A DNA stretch of 64,000 nucleotides from an uncultured virus (IMG/VR IMGVR_UViG_3300045256_000415) (Duplodnaviria; Heunggongvirae; Uroviricota; Caudoviricetes). Position 1 is the first letter of the stretch. Each line of letters begins with the position of its first letter. Below are positions 1 through 9,643 of this stretch, in pieces. The stretch lies in IMG/VR virus record IMGVR_UViG_3300045256_000415. One strand, written 5' to 3'. The notes below the pieces were generated by a model. The model ran no database searches, was not told the origin of the DNA, and worked only from the letters and a program-made list of their open reading frames with translations. A program made the position numbers and the translations under genes.

Positions 1-85
1 CACCGCCTGGAAGATCTGGGTGACGACTTGCGTCTCGACCTTCTGGGTGCTCTTCTGTTGCTGCTTCACCGCGTACGCTGGGGTG

Positions 86-409
86 TTATTCTTGAATGCG
101 AATTTCCGCAGCGGGGCTACCCTGCTTGGCCGGCGTCAGTGGAATTGTGTCTAGAATCTTCTGGTATTCCATCGCGAAGACGTACTCACCCAGCACATCC
201 TTTTGGGGCTGCTTGGTCGGGTAGAGCTTTAGTTGCCGGTTGATGACATCCACCTGGGTGATGTCCACGTCCTCGTAGGCGTAGGGCTGTGAGTAATTGC
301 CGTATGGCGTTACCACCGCGTTGTAGGGCTGTACGAAGCAGTGGTCCCCAGCGGATGCCAGTGTGGTCAGACCGAACACCAGTAACAGGGCCACGATCAG
401 GCGTGTCAT
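86..409 (-). CDS. Hypothetical protein with N-terminal signal peptide; probably frameshifted, with a second frame running off the window start
   Basis: MTRLIVALLLVFGLTTLASA signal-like N-terminus; after CAGGG near 122 another frame reads VAPLRKFAFKNNTPAYAVKQQQKSTQKVETQ to the window edge. Confidence 0.6.
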   Translation of the reverse strand: MTRLIVALLLVFGLTTLASAGDHCFVQPYNAVVTPYGNYSQPYAYEDVDITQVDVINRQLKLYPTKQPQKDVLGEYVFAMEYQKILDTIPLTPAKQGSPAAEIRIQE

Positions 410-957
410 GCGATCTTCAGTTTCTTCAGCACGAGCTTGGTTAGCCCAGCTGGGTCGTGAGGGTTCCAGGTTATGTAGTCACCGTACTCTTCCGTGAGCA
501 CTCTCTTCATAATTTCGGCTGCGGCTTTCGCCGTTTCGAGGGTATGGAAACGGCCCTCGTCCACATGCTTTTCCGTCGGGCTGTCGAGGAAGATATTCAG
601 CGGTGCGAATTTCTGGTCAAACAGCCTGACCAATTCCTTGAGCGGGGGTTGTACGGGGTCGTTGGCGAGTTCGGCGTAACAGCACTGGATCAGGATTGGG
701 CTATCGGTGATGATGTAGTCGAGGCCGGAGTGGAATAGAAGGCGGTCTTCGGCGTTGATTTGTTTGCCGAAGATGTACACTTGGTCGAAGGATCGGATAG
801 GGCGGCCCATGTAGGCCCAGGATTTGACGTACTCGTTGACGAGTTCGACCTTGAGGTCACGTACCTTCATCTCGTGGTAAATGTGGGCGGAGACAGTGCT
901 CTTACCGACTCCGGGGCGGCCAAAGAGGTTAATCCGCCTGTACTTGGGCTGTGCCAT
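406..957 (-). CDS. P-loop nucleotide kinase / AAA_28 (NadR/Ttd14-like) protein
   Basis: INLFGRPGVGKST Walker A, ELVNEYVK, IITDSP, EGRFH motifs; start taken at MAQPKY. Confidence 0.8.
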   Translation of the reverse strand: MAQPKYRRINLFGRPGVGKSTVSAHIYHEMKVRDLKVELVNEYVKSWAYMGRPIRSFDQVYIFGKQINAEDRLLFHSGLDYIITDSPILIQCCYAELANDPVQPPLKELVRLFDQKFAPLNIFLDSPTEKHVDEGRFHTLETAKAAAEIMKRVLTEEYGDYITWNPHDPAGLTKLVLKKLKIA

Positions 958-1120
958 GGTGACCCCACTTAATGAAGCGTTCACGGTCGTCAGGATGTAT
1001 GAGGGGGCTGTGACGTTTTGGCTTGCCTTCCTTGGCTACCGGGATGCTGTCCAGCGTCGAGTTTGGGTACTCACCGGGAGCCGAGGTCCAGTGCCCTTCC
1101 GAGATTTGACGCAGCTTCAT
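929..1120 (-). CDS. Small hypothetical protein with MKLRQISE N-terminus
   Basis: GAGGG SD before ATG; N-terminus resembles other putative head-internal proteins in this window. Confidence 0.6.
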   Translation of the reverse strand: MKLRQISEGHWTSAPGEYPNSTLDSIPVAKEGKPKRHSPLIHPDDRERFIKWGHHGTAQVQAD

Positions 1121-1133
1121 CGTTCCCTCGTCG

Positions 1134-1406
1134 TCACCTCATGAACAAAACGAAGGCTTTCTCATCGCCGAGCCTCACGAGGTGGTTCACTAGGACCGTA
1201 CTCTGAGCGTAGAACAGTTCCCGTTCCCTGGGGTAATCACCTAGCGCCATCAAGGTTTTGAGTTCGAACCGAGTCTTGCTCTCTGATATGGTCTTCTTGG
1301 CTTTCTCTTGCGTCTCCTTGCACTGGTCACACTTGATGATCCAGTGGCTAGTAGTTTCCAGGACTTTCATATAGAAGATTTGTCCAAGAATTCTAGCGAG
1401 ACTCAT
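1134..1406 (-). CDS. Hypothetical protein with CxxC
   Basis: 90-aa ORF in same-strand gene run; CDQC. Confidence 0.5.
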   Translation of the reverse strand: MSLARILGQIFYMKVLETTSHWIIKCDQCKETQEKAKKTISESKTRFELKTLMALGDYPRERELFYAQSTVLVNHLVRLGDEKAFVLFMR

Positions 1407-1477
1407 GCTGTCTTCGAATCAGCGTCAGCCGTGTTGTAGTCAAATGGCGGCGGTGCTGTAATCCATGGAGAGATATT

Positions 1478-2737
1478 GTGGGAATCTGCCATCGTCAAAC
1501 TAACGCCACCCTCTTCGATCTCCAGAAGTGGTTGACCAACGGCATAATCTCCAAACCTCAGTGGCAGAGGGATGATGCTTGGTCGCCGAAAAAGAAGGAG
1601 CAATTCGAAAAGACTGTCCTGGACAAGGCCAAAGTCGGTTCCGACATTCTCAGCGGCTGCGTCGTCCTATACAAGATCGAAGGTGATGATCGGCTGTGGT
1701 TGAGTGACGGTCTACAACGAACCTTGAACTCACAACGCCTGTATCAAAAGCTGGTTGCAGAGCGTGGCCCTATTGCTGCTGAACAATTATTATCTCGGAT
1801 CAGCGTGCCGATGCTAGAGATGAGATATATCAATGAAAAGGAAGCCAAAGACGAATTCCGACGGATGAATCAGGGAACTCCACTGACTGAGTTCGAACAG
1901 GCTAAGACTATCCTCACTGATCTCCCCAATTATCAGGATTGGGAAAATAGAATTCTTTCTCGCCTCCATACTGTGGTGTCAAACAGAATGTTGCAATTCG
2001 GAGTCCGGAACGCCGGCGCCAGGGGGCGTATAAAGGGCACCACGTCACGCAAAAAGGACCACAAGGACCAACGCGACGATTTCGCCCTGTTCCTCCGTTT
2101 CATAATCGAGGACAAAAACCCCCAAAAATACTATCTCGACGTGACTCACATCGACGATGAGAAGAAACGCACCAGTCTATTAGAACAACGACTCGCGGAC
2201 GCTCTACGTAACCTGGGGATTGACGAAGCTGAAAAGCGGCTTTATGCGTTCGAAGCCTATCTGACCGACGAGAGTCAGTACCTACGCGGTGTGTGGGACC
2301 GAATCGAAAAGACTCCGCCACAGTGGGATGCAAGTATTCAAACAGTCACCCCTTCGTGTCTCCGCTACCTGTTCCACGTTGCTCTCTACCGCAAAAACAA
2401 TCGGATCCCGCTGGATCGATACACGGCGTTCTTGACAAAGTTCTTCCCAGCCTGCCAGGGCACGCTACAAGTCACTTATCCCGACCTTGATGGTCGGAAA
2501 TGCGATGTCATCAATAGCGGCGATATTGTGGCTTTAGGTCGCGTTCAACAGAAGCTGGGCTGTATCTTCGATCCACAACTCGACCATAACAAAAAGCGGA
2601 AACGCCAGAAAACAGACCAACTGCTGCCGGGCATGCACAATGGGCATCGCAAGCCGTTCAGCAAGAACCCCGATGGAGATGACGAAGATGTGGTGCCGAT
2701 CTCGGCACGTGAAAATGTATCGGTCGGAGTTGGTTAA
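1478..2737 (+). CDS. DUF262/ParB-like (GmrS-type) domain protein with HNH-like C-terminus
   Basis: KPQWQRDDAW, DGLQR and FRRMNQGTPL match DUF262 QR/DGQQR/FxxxN motifs; C-terminal GHRKPFSK..VPISAREN; GGAG SD before GTG. Confidence 0.7.
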   Translation: MGICHRQTNATLFDLQKWLTNGIISKPQWQRDDAWSPKKKEQFEKTVLDKAKVGSDILSGCVVLYKIEGDDRLWLSDGLQRTLNSQRLYQKLVAERGPIAAEQLLSRISVPMLEMRYINEKEAKDEFRRMNQGTPLTEFEQAKTILTDLPNYQDWENRILSRLHTVVSNRMLQFGVRNAGARGRIKGTTSRKKDHKDQRDDFALFLRFIIEDKNPQKYYLDVTHIDDEKKRTSLLEQRLADALRNLGIDEAEKRLYAFEAYLTDESQYLRGVWDRIEKTPPQWDASIQTVTPSCLRYLFHVALYRKNNRIPLDRYTAFLTKFFPACQGTLQVTYPDLDGRKCDVINSGDIVALGRVQQKLGCIFDPQLDHNKKRKRQKTDQLLPGMHNGHRKPFSKNPDGDDEDVVPISARENVSVGVG

Positions 2738-2797
2738 AATAGATCGTGCTCAGTGATTGCGTGGAAGTCAAGACCAGCCTTGAACTTAGCCACGTTC

Positions 2798-4063
2798 TTA
2801 AGAGATAATCTGTTCATACTTCTTGATGGCCCGGATTTCTCGACAGCACCAAGACAGGAACTTACTAAGCAAATTGTGATTGTGGAAGTATGGGTGGCGG
2901 CAGAGCCGGACAAGCTCGATCGCCCTTAACTTGCTGATGTTCTGCCGCACCGTCGGGCCGAAAGCAGCGACGGCAACCAACTCCCCGTGGAAGTACGCGC
3001 CGAACCCGTGCCGACATCGATTGGACGTACCGAGATAATGGAAACTGCTCAGAAACCGGTTAATGTCCATGGCGGCTGCCGGGCGGAAGGACACGTCCGT
3101 CAGTGCGATTGTGGTCGGCTCCCTGATCGCCCGATCCAGAACCTCCAGCAACCGTTCTTTACCACGTATTGACCGAAATTCTCTCTCCCAAATCGTCCTG
3201 ATTTGGTACTGTGGGTAATATAATTGCACTAGAGTGGCTTTAGCTCGATCATTGCTCATCCCTTCTGGCAAGCTGTGCCAGTATTCACTATTAACCTCTA
3301 GTAGGATATCGTCGATTTTGAAATCGAATTTGTAGTTGCTGACTTCGAACTCTCGATCGTACGGGATGGCAAAACCATCCAACACTAGGGCTACATCATC
3401 ATTGAGTTTACTGGTTTTGAATGGCCGTGGTGCCGACAGGATTGCTTGGACGGTAGGGTCCGAAAGGTATTGCTCTTTGGAAATTTTCGACAATCTGTCT
3501 TTTAAATCGGAGTCAGCGTACGCGATCCGGACACCATTGCGGACTTTCAACCGATAGATCTCATCATGCCACAACTGCTTTGAACGCTGGCTGACACTGG
3601 TTTTCCATTTTGTGGCGAAGTCCTGGTCTTCTACCAGTTTCTTCCGAAGAGCCGCAGCGCCCAGTCTGGCCCCCTTTACCGCTCCGACGGCCATGCTTTG
3701 TTCGCGTACCGCTGCCGGAGTCTGTAAGCCAAGCTCTCGCATCGCTTTCTTAACTAAGTGATAGCTAATACCGAGATCGCGGGCCATGCATTTCCCAGAG
3801 CGGTTCAGATAGTTCAGACGAATGTAGGCATGCTGATCGGTGGTAAGTTCTTTGCTAACGATCTTGCTAAGCCTATTTCTTTGCTCGGCTGTCATACCGA
3901 GCTTGGCCGGTTTTATCCCTAGGAGTCTGGCCCGTGCCCCTAATGGTTTAGGGTGGAGGCCCAGTCGGCTGGCCAATTCACGAATAGAAGTGAACGGTAG
4001 ATCAGTTCGGATAGTTTCGTCATACAGTGACCAGTCGATCTTAATTCCACTAGGCATATACAT
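2798..4063 (-). CDS. HTH + DUF559-like PD-(D/E)XK endonuclease fused to a truncated Mom-like GNAT domain
   Basis: YKFDFKIDDILLEVNSEYWH nuclease motif; FLSSFHYLG, VAVAAFG, ELVRLC; stops at IIS where the homologue at 22695 continues SYAD. Confidence 0.75.
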   Translation of the reverse strand: MYMPSGIKIDWSLYDETIRTDLPFTSIRELASRLGLHPKPLGARARLLGIKPAKLGMTAEQRNRLSKIVSKELTTDQHAYIRLNYLNRSGKCMARDLGISYHLVKKAMRELGLQTPAAVREQSMAVGAVKGARLGAAALRKKLVEDQDFATKWKTSVSQRSKQLWHDEIYRLKVRNGVRIAYADSDLKDRLSKISKEQYLSDPTVQAILSAPRPFKTSKLNDDVALVLDGFAIPYDREFEVSNYKFDFKIDDILLEVNSEYWHSLPEGMSNDRAKATLVQLYYPQYQIRTIWEREFRSIRGKERLLEVLDRAIREPTTIALTDVSFRPAAAMDINRFLSSFHYLGTSNRCRHGFGAYFHGELVAVAAFGPTVRQNISKLRAIELVRLCRHPYFHNHNLLSKFLSWCCREIRAIKKYEQIIS

Positions 4064-4084
4064 CTCCGGAAACCGAAGATGTAT

Positions 4085-4113
4085 ATTTTATCAAAAGTCT
4101 TTCACTTTGTCAA
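4085..4113 (-). promoter_or_regulatory. Near-consensus sigma70 promoter for the 4063 endonuclease gene
   Basis: TTGACA (4113-4108), 17-nt spacer, TAAAAT (4090-4085). Confidence 0.8.
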
Positions 4114-4120
4114 TAGAGGT

Positions 4121-5194
4121 TTAAGACATGATGAGCCGCCACCTTACGACGATCTCAAAGTCCGCACTTTTCTTGACTGGGGTCTTGAGAATGCGATGGG
4201 AGAAGATCCGGAAGCCGTCCCGCAGTAAGCCGATCTCGCCGGAGAGCGGCGTCCCGTTGGAGTCCACCGGTGTCCGGTCCAGGGTGATGTCCCGGCCCCC
4301 AATGACCTTGTTCACGATCAGATAATAGGGGTTCAATTGGTCGAGGATCGAGTCGTCCGGAGCGGTACTGCCGGCAGCGACGATCTTGACCTGATCACCC
4401 TCCTTGAGCAGATCTACCTCCGACTCCGACAGGTCGAGGTTCACCGTGGCTGTACCGTTAGCACTAGCCAGGAGAGCCCCGCCGTCGCTGGAGCCATTCA
4501 GGAAGATGTCACGCGGGTCACACTCACAGGCCCCGACGCTCCCGACCTCCGCGGCCCCGACGAGGGCCACTTCAGTCAGGGTGAAGAAGTCGTTAGAAGT
4601 GACCCCAAGTCCGTTGTACTCCTCCTTCAAGAGAGTCGTCTCCATGACCACCACGTTGTTGATGGCCCGCACGTCATCTTGGAGCAGCGGGGTACCGGCC
4701 GGCTGGTAGGACGGTTCGAAGAAGATCCGCTCAATCCGCTTCAGAGGACGTTGCGGCTCCGAGATAGGGATAGCGTTGATGAGCCCGCCGTCGTATGCCG
4801 CCCCAGCCCCAAGGCTAATGGGGACATAGCCGCCGGTTATCGAGTCCTTGGTGTAGAAGCGAGTGTCGGCGGTGTCGAGTGGGTTGCCGTTGTTGTTGAA
4901 GGAGGCACCGAAGACGATATACTTGGCTGCGAACTCTTCCAGGTCGAGGTTGTGGGTGACCCAATCGCCAGCACCACTCCCTGCGTTGGGGTCCCAGACT
5001 TTCGAGTGCGGGATACGGTGAGCCAGGATCTCCTTGGCGAAGATCTTAATGAGGTTGGGTTCCCGCCACTTGTTGAGGGTGCGACCCCGGCGGTCCCGGA
5101 TCTCGAACTCAAGCTCACCGTCGTAAGACCGCATCACCCCTTTTGGAGTGTTCTTGGTGCCGTATTGTTCGGTAAGAATAATCTTCTGTGTCAT
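4121..5194 (-). CDS. Putative virion structural protein (baseplate/tail-collar-like)
   Basis: Pattern NLI..AKEILA, EYNG, TEVALVG, FSHRILKTPVKKSADFEIVVRWRL typical of tail-collar/baseplate proteins. Confidence 0.55.
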   Translation of the reverse strand: MTQKIILTEQYGTKNTPKGVMRSYDGELEFEIRDRRGRTLNKWREPNLIKIFAKEILAHRIPHSKVWDPNAGSGAGDWVTHNLDLEEFAAKYIVFGASFNNNGNPLDTADTRFYTKDSITGGYVPISLGAGAAYDGGLINAIPISEPQRPLKRIERIFFEPSYQPAGTPLLQDDVRAINNVVVMETTLLKEEYNGLGVTSNDFFTLTEVALVGAAEVGSVGACECDPRDIFLNGSSDGGALLASANGTATVNLDLSESEVDLLKEGDQVKIVAAGSTAPDDSILDQLNPYYLIVNKVIGGRDITLDRTPVDSNGTPLSGEIGLLRDGFRIFSHRILKTPVKKSADFEIVVRWRLIMS

Positions 5195-5206
5195 TGGATC
5201 TCTCGG

Positions 5207-5842
5207 TTACGGCACTACCACACTGGGGCCGTAGAAGGTCGCGGCCGGCACCCGCCTGATAATCACGGTGAAAGTGTCGCCGTTGGACAGCGATAGCCCG
5301 CTCAGCCGGATGGTAGTCGGCGGGCTTCCGATCAGCGAGGTGCTAGTCGGCTTCACCAGTAGCCCGTTAATGTACATGAAGACCCGCGAATTCGCAGCCA
5401 GATTACTCCGCAGAGTTTCTGGCACCTCTACGGTTGTGATATTGTTAGCGTTGCACACACCGCTGAAAACGATCTCCGAAGCCAAACCAGCCAAGAGATC
5501 CTGAACCGCGACGTACCAATCGGCCAAACTGACGACGTTCCCTTCGGTGTCGGGTTCGGTCAGAGAGATGGTCTGTGCCAGTGGCACCCAGGCGTTACCA
5601 GAGCGGATCTTGAGGGTGCTGGTGTTGAGGTCGAACCAGGGGGTACCTTCCCGGAACTGGCTTGGCTCATCGAAGGAAGACTGTTGAGACAGCAGACCGA
5701 TCAAAAATAGCCGTAAGTGGTCATACCGAGCTTGACCACTTGGCTGTGGGTAGTCATCGTGGTCTTGGCCGGTTAATCCGACGTCAGTATTGAAATCGAT
5801 ACGGGGTGCCGGAAATCTGATCCTGTTATCTGGAATGGCCAT
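5207..5842 (-). CDS. Putative virion structural protein
   Basis: Start at MAIPDN with GAGG SD; GTPWFDLNTSTLKIRSGNAW and MYINGLL beta-rich motifs seen in tail proteins. Confidence 0.55.
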   Translation of the reverse strand: MAIPDNRIRFPAPRIDFNTDVGLTGQDHDDYPQPSGQARYDHLRLFLIGLLSQQSSFDEPSQFREGTPWFDLNTSTLKIRSGNAWVPLAQTISLTEPDTEGNVVSLADWYVAVQDLLAGLASEIVFSGVCNANNITTVEVPETLRSNLAANSRVFMYINGLLVKPTSTSLIGSPPTTIRLSGLSLSNGDTFTVIIRRVPAATFYGPSVVVP

Positions 5843-7274
5843 GACGCCTCGTGAATTAGCTATTGCATCTTTGGTGGTTGTTCCGACCCCACTCAAACTT
5901 ACCAGCTCTGTGTTGGTCAAATGCCGCGGCTGTGGCAAGATTTGCCAAAAACAGTTTAAGTACGTTACCAAGTGTTGTCGCAACAGCAACAGATTATATG
6001 CCTGCTCGCCCTGTACCAATCGCGACATTATGAGCCGACCAGAAACAATTGCCAAAATCACCGCTTCTAATCGAGCGGGGGTTGAGAGTCGCCGCCAATC
6101 GCTCAAACGTCTGTGGAACAATCCAGAATATAGGGCTAAAATCACGAAAAGCAGTATAGCCCAGGCCGAACGGGAACATCAGCACCGCCGGACCAGGGCC
6201 GTTACTCTATGGGCAGACCCGGCATATCGCAAAATGGTATGTGATTCTTTGTCTGTCAACAGGGTCCCCCGCTCCAAGTCGCCGGAACAATTTGTCATAG
6301 ATGCCGTGGCGGTCCATGGTCAGACTTACGATTATTCTGGAGTTGTTTACGAGCATTGTGAGAAACATGTAGTCATTAAGTGTAATAAATGCGGACGTAG
6401 TTTCGAACAATTACCAATGGTACACTTACGTGGTTCTGGGTGCCCGACTTGCCCCGTCACTATCAGTCGCGGTCACCAGAGAATCTGCGACCAACTGACT
6501 GATTGGGGGATCAATTACACTATCAATGACCATAGTCTGGGTTTCGAGGTTGACATTCTAATACCTAAATATAATCTGGCTATAGAGTATCATGGTTTGT
6601 ACTGGCATTCTTATTGTACAAACGAGACTACTGCGCAACGGTGCGCTCATGCCAGGAAAGCGGATGGCTGCGATGCAGCCGGAATTCAGTTGCTTCAATT
6701 CTTTGAACACGAACGCCCAGAATTGATCGATGATCTAATCAGACACAAGTTACGGCTTACGACCACCAGGATACATGCCAGGAAATGCGGCCTCACCAGT
6801 GATTTCGACGGTACGGACTTTTTCGCCAACAATCATCTGGCGGGTTACAATCACGCGGATCGCACCATAGGACTAACTTTCGGCGGGGAGACAGTAGCCG
6901 CGATGAGCTTCAAAAACAGAGGGGATCGTGGTTATGAAATCATGCGATTCGCTTGTCGGGCCGGCAGCTCAGTGGTTGGGGCGGCATCAAGACTTGTGAA
7001 AGCTGCTGGCTACGATCGACTATTTACCTATGCCGATCGTCGTTTTAGTATCGGTGGAGTATATCGAGCCATTGGTATGAAACAAGTGGGGGTGACCAGA
7101 CCTGGTTACTTCTACACCAAGAACGGGAAGGTGTGGTCCCGAATCAAATTCCAGAAGCATAAATTAGCACGATTGCTTGACAATTTTGATCCCGCTCTTA
7201 CTGAAGCGGAAAACATGTTCAATAACGGTTATCGACGATTGTGGGATGCCGGACATCTCATATTTGTATTGTAG
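5790..7274 (+). CDS. Free-standing homing-endonuclease-like protein (Zn ribbons, DUF723-like repeat, PD-(D/E)XK, degenerate GNAT C-terminus); true start may be 5835/5841
   Basis: VHGQTYDYSGVVY..C..CG..HLRGSGCPTC; EVDILIPKYNLAIEYHGLYWHS; TYADRRFS; GYRRLWDAG; lower GC. Confidence 0.8.
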   Translation: MKSIRGAGNLILLSGMAMTPRELAIASLVVVPTPLKLTSSVLVKCRGCGKICQKQFKYVTKCCRNSNRLYACSPCTNRDIMSRPETIAKITASNRAGVESRRQSLKRLWNNPEYRAKITKSSIAQAEREHQHRRTRAVTLWADPAYRKMVCDSLSVNRVPRSKSPEQFVIDAVAVHGQTYDYSGVVYEHCEKHVVIKCNKCGRSFEQLPMVHLRGSGCPTCPVTISRGHQRICDQLTDWGINYTINDHSLGFEVDILIPKYNLAIEYHGLYWHSYCTNETTAQRCAHARKADGCDAAGIQLLQFFEHERPELIDDLIRHKLRLTTTRIHARKCGLTSDFDGTDFFANNHLAGYNHADRTIGLTFGGETVAAMSFKNRGDRGYEIMRFACRAGSSVVGAASRLVKAAGYDRLFTYADRRFSIGGVYRAIGMKQVGVTRPGYFYTKNGKVWSRIKFQKHKLARLLDNFDPALTEAENMFNNGYRRLWDAGHLIFVL

Positions 7275-7322
7275 ATGTGTTACATCCAATCGCAGACAAT
7301 TTATGGTGCTCATGCTTCAGTA

Positions 7323-8528
7323 TCACATTTTTGGCATGGCTGCTTGCTTGGCTGCCGCCTGCGGAGCCGCCCACTGCTGCTGGGGTGTCACCATCCCTTG
7401 CAGGCCCGGCTGCTGCGGCATCCCACCGCCCATCTGCTGGGCGATGGTGTTCTGGTCCTGCGGCCCCATCTGCTGGGCGATCTCGCGAGCCGCCTTCTCC
7501 TGGTTCTGCAGTTCCTGCTGCTTCTGCTTGAACGTCCCAGGAGCATCACCCTTGGCGAAGTCCATGATGTTCAGAAGTTGCGTTTCGAAGTCGGACGGCT
7601 TCTCCAGGGTCGCCGCCGAGATCCGGGCAATGGGCTGCGGGGCGTTGGTGGAAGCGTTGACGACGTACAGAATGATCGACTGGCCGTCCTCGGACTTCTT
7701 CCAGTTGATGCCCTGCCTCTTGAGTTGATCCTGGAGCGGACCCGTTCCTATACTCTGACCCAGGACCTGCAGGGCCCGAGCGAACTTGGTGAACAGGTCG
7801 CCCGGCTGAGCACCATTCGGTGTAGCCATTCCCTGCAATGTCTCGTTGAGACTACGCCCAAACATGCGACGACGAGACGGCAGCGGTACCCCAAGAGTCT
7901 GGGCCACCCGATCCTCAAATCGAACCGCCGGGCCGGTGGCCGACTGGCTGGCTCCGGTAGTGGCTTGCGGGTCGTCGGTGCTGTGTGGCTTGGCACCCTT
8001 CTTTCCCTGTGTGCCCGGCGGTGTGCCGGGTTTGTCGGAGCGGTGACTGTTCCGTTCCAGGGTGTTGTGGCCGATGGCGTTGGTTGGCGTCTTGTACTGT
8101 GCCTCATCGACGACCTTAAGGGCCGTGACAAGGAAGGCCCCAGGGTTGAGGCTCACGGTAGTGTCCTCAACCACAGGCTTCGCCACGGTCCGCGAGAAAG
8201 CGTTGATGATTTTGTCTGCGAAGCTCATGGGTTCCCTTTCCTCTCCAGCCTCGGCGACCAAGGCTGCTAGTTTGGCTTCTGAAATCGCCTTGATGGAGAA
8301 GGCGAGGATGGTACCACCACGTACTTTAGTAGTTTCGAGGTGAACCCCGGTTGCTGCAACTAGCGGCTCAAGGTCAGCTAGCAACCGAGCCACTAGCGGC
8401 CGGTCCTTTCTGAAGAGGAGCACCCCCTGTAGGTCACTTTCGTCACAGCACACACTATACTTGATCTTCTGTCGATCGCACCACTGATCGACGAACTGAC
8501 ACACAGTTTTCAGGCGTGGATTTAGCAT
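7323..8528 (-). CDS. Hypothetical protein, Q/P-rich C-terminus, possible head-internal protein
   Basis: 401-aa ORF; ISE, LNE type motifs; overlaps upstream gene stop. Confidence 0.65.
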   Translation of the reverse strand: MLNPRLKTVCQFVDQWCDRQKIKYSVCCDESDLQGVLLFRKDRPLVARLLADLEPLVAATGVHLETTKVRGGTILAFSIKAISEAKLAALVAEAGEEREPMSFADKIINAFSRTVAKPVVEDTTVSLNPGAFLVTALKVVDEAQYKTPTNAIGHNTLERNSHRSDKPGTPPGTQGKKGAKPHSTDDPQATTGASQSATGPAVRFEDRVAQTLGVPLPSRRRMFGRSLNETLQGMATPNGAQPGDLFTKFARALQVLGQSIGTGPLQDQLKRQGINWKKSEDGQSIILYVVNASTNAPQPIARISAATLEKPSDFETQLLNIMDFAKGDAPGTFKQKQQELQNQEKAAREIAQQMGPQDQNTIAQQMGGGMPQQPGLQGMVTPQQQWAAPQAAAKQAAMPKM

Positions 8529-9109
8529 GCCTTCACCGCCTCCCGGCGTGCCAACCGGGTGTTTAGCGGACGAGTGGGTTCACCTTTCTGAGCCGCGATC
8601 CGCCACCGAGCCAACTCCACCAACGTGACCTTCCGGTCTTCCACCATAATAACCCCGGTGCCGGTGACGTCCTCACCCAGCGTCCGGTAGTAATTGGTGA
8701 AGTAAGCGGCTACGGCGTTGACCAATATACTGAGATCGGCGGTGAGGAGGGTGCTGCGGCGGTTGGCTTGTAGAAATTCGCGGAGGAACCGGCGGTTCGG
8801 GCTAGTAACCCGCCACACGCCTAGCTCTACTTCCGGCCAGAACTGCAGCATTTTGGTTTTGTAACCGACCTTACAGCTATTCTTATCTACCGCAACGTTG
8901 AGTCCGGGCTTGGTCCGACGAAGGGCCAGGGCGAAATCGCCGGCCATTCGGGTCTTAAGACTGGAGAGTTTATGCTGCAGGTCAGCGACGAGTTGCTGGG
9001 CGTTCTGCAGTTGACGTACCAAATCCGTAGCAGAATCTAGGAGGTGCCACCCATCTCCTGGTGGTCCTTCCTCTAGAATGACGTTCAGACTCTCGTTGAG
9101 GTCAGTCAT
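8522..9109 (-). CDS. Hypothetical protein
   Basis: 195 aa, GGGAG SD, MTDLNES start. Confidence 0.65.
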   Translation of the reverse strand: MTDLNESLNVILEEGPPGDGWHLLDSATDLVRQLQNAQQLVADLQHKLSSLKTRMAGDFALALRRTKPGLNVAVDKNSCKVGYKTKMLQFWPEVELGVWRVTSPNRRFLREFLQANRRSTLLTADLSILVNAVAAYFTNYYRTLGEDVTGTGVIMVEDRKVTLVELARWRIAAQKGEPTRPLNTRLARREAVKAC

Positions 9110-9549
9110 CTACTACTCCCGCACGGCCTACTCTTTAATTTTGTGGAGACATCTACCGTCGCATAGTTCTCGACCCGAATTACAATTGAAGCAGAGAGTC
9201 TGCAGCCCCTCTGGAAAATCTTTAGGCATCGTATCTCCAGAGCACACGAGTGACCAGACTCGGCTTTAAATTTGATTATATTGTGGTTCCAGCACATAAT
9301 CTGGAAACCATATGGAAATTGATGGGATTTCAACCACCTGGTTAGATTATTGGTTCGGATACTTTGGAAATGCTGATTTCCGCCACCTTCAACATGGTCG
9401 ATGTTCAAAAATGGGAGTCTGACCTCTCCACATACGGCACATCGCCCACCGTAGTAACTAATTACCTCCTGTCGAATCGCGGCATATTTCGCACGCGATT
9501 CTTTCTTACCCATCGCAATACGCGGATTTCCCCAAAACTGATCCAACAC
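9106..9549 (-). pseudogene. Decayed tandem HNH-type endonuclease
   Basis: CAVC..LNIDHVEGGG..GFQIMCWNHN, then a shifted frame gives KDFPEGLQTLCFNCNSGRELCDGRCLH* ending at 9128. Confidence 0.7.
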
Positions 9550-9643
9550 GCCAACCGATACAGAGTCTAGCTTTCTTTAGTTCCGCTCTTAATTGCTATT
9601 TCTCTGCTGAACTGGACATGCAGTAGCTACCGCTGACGGGCTC

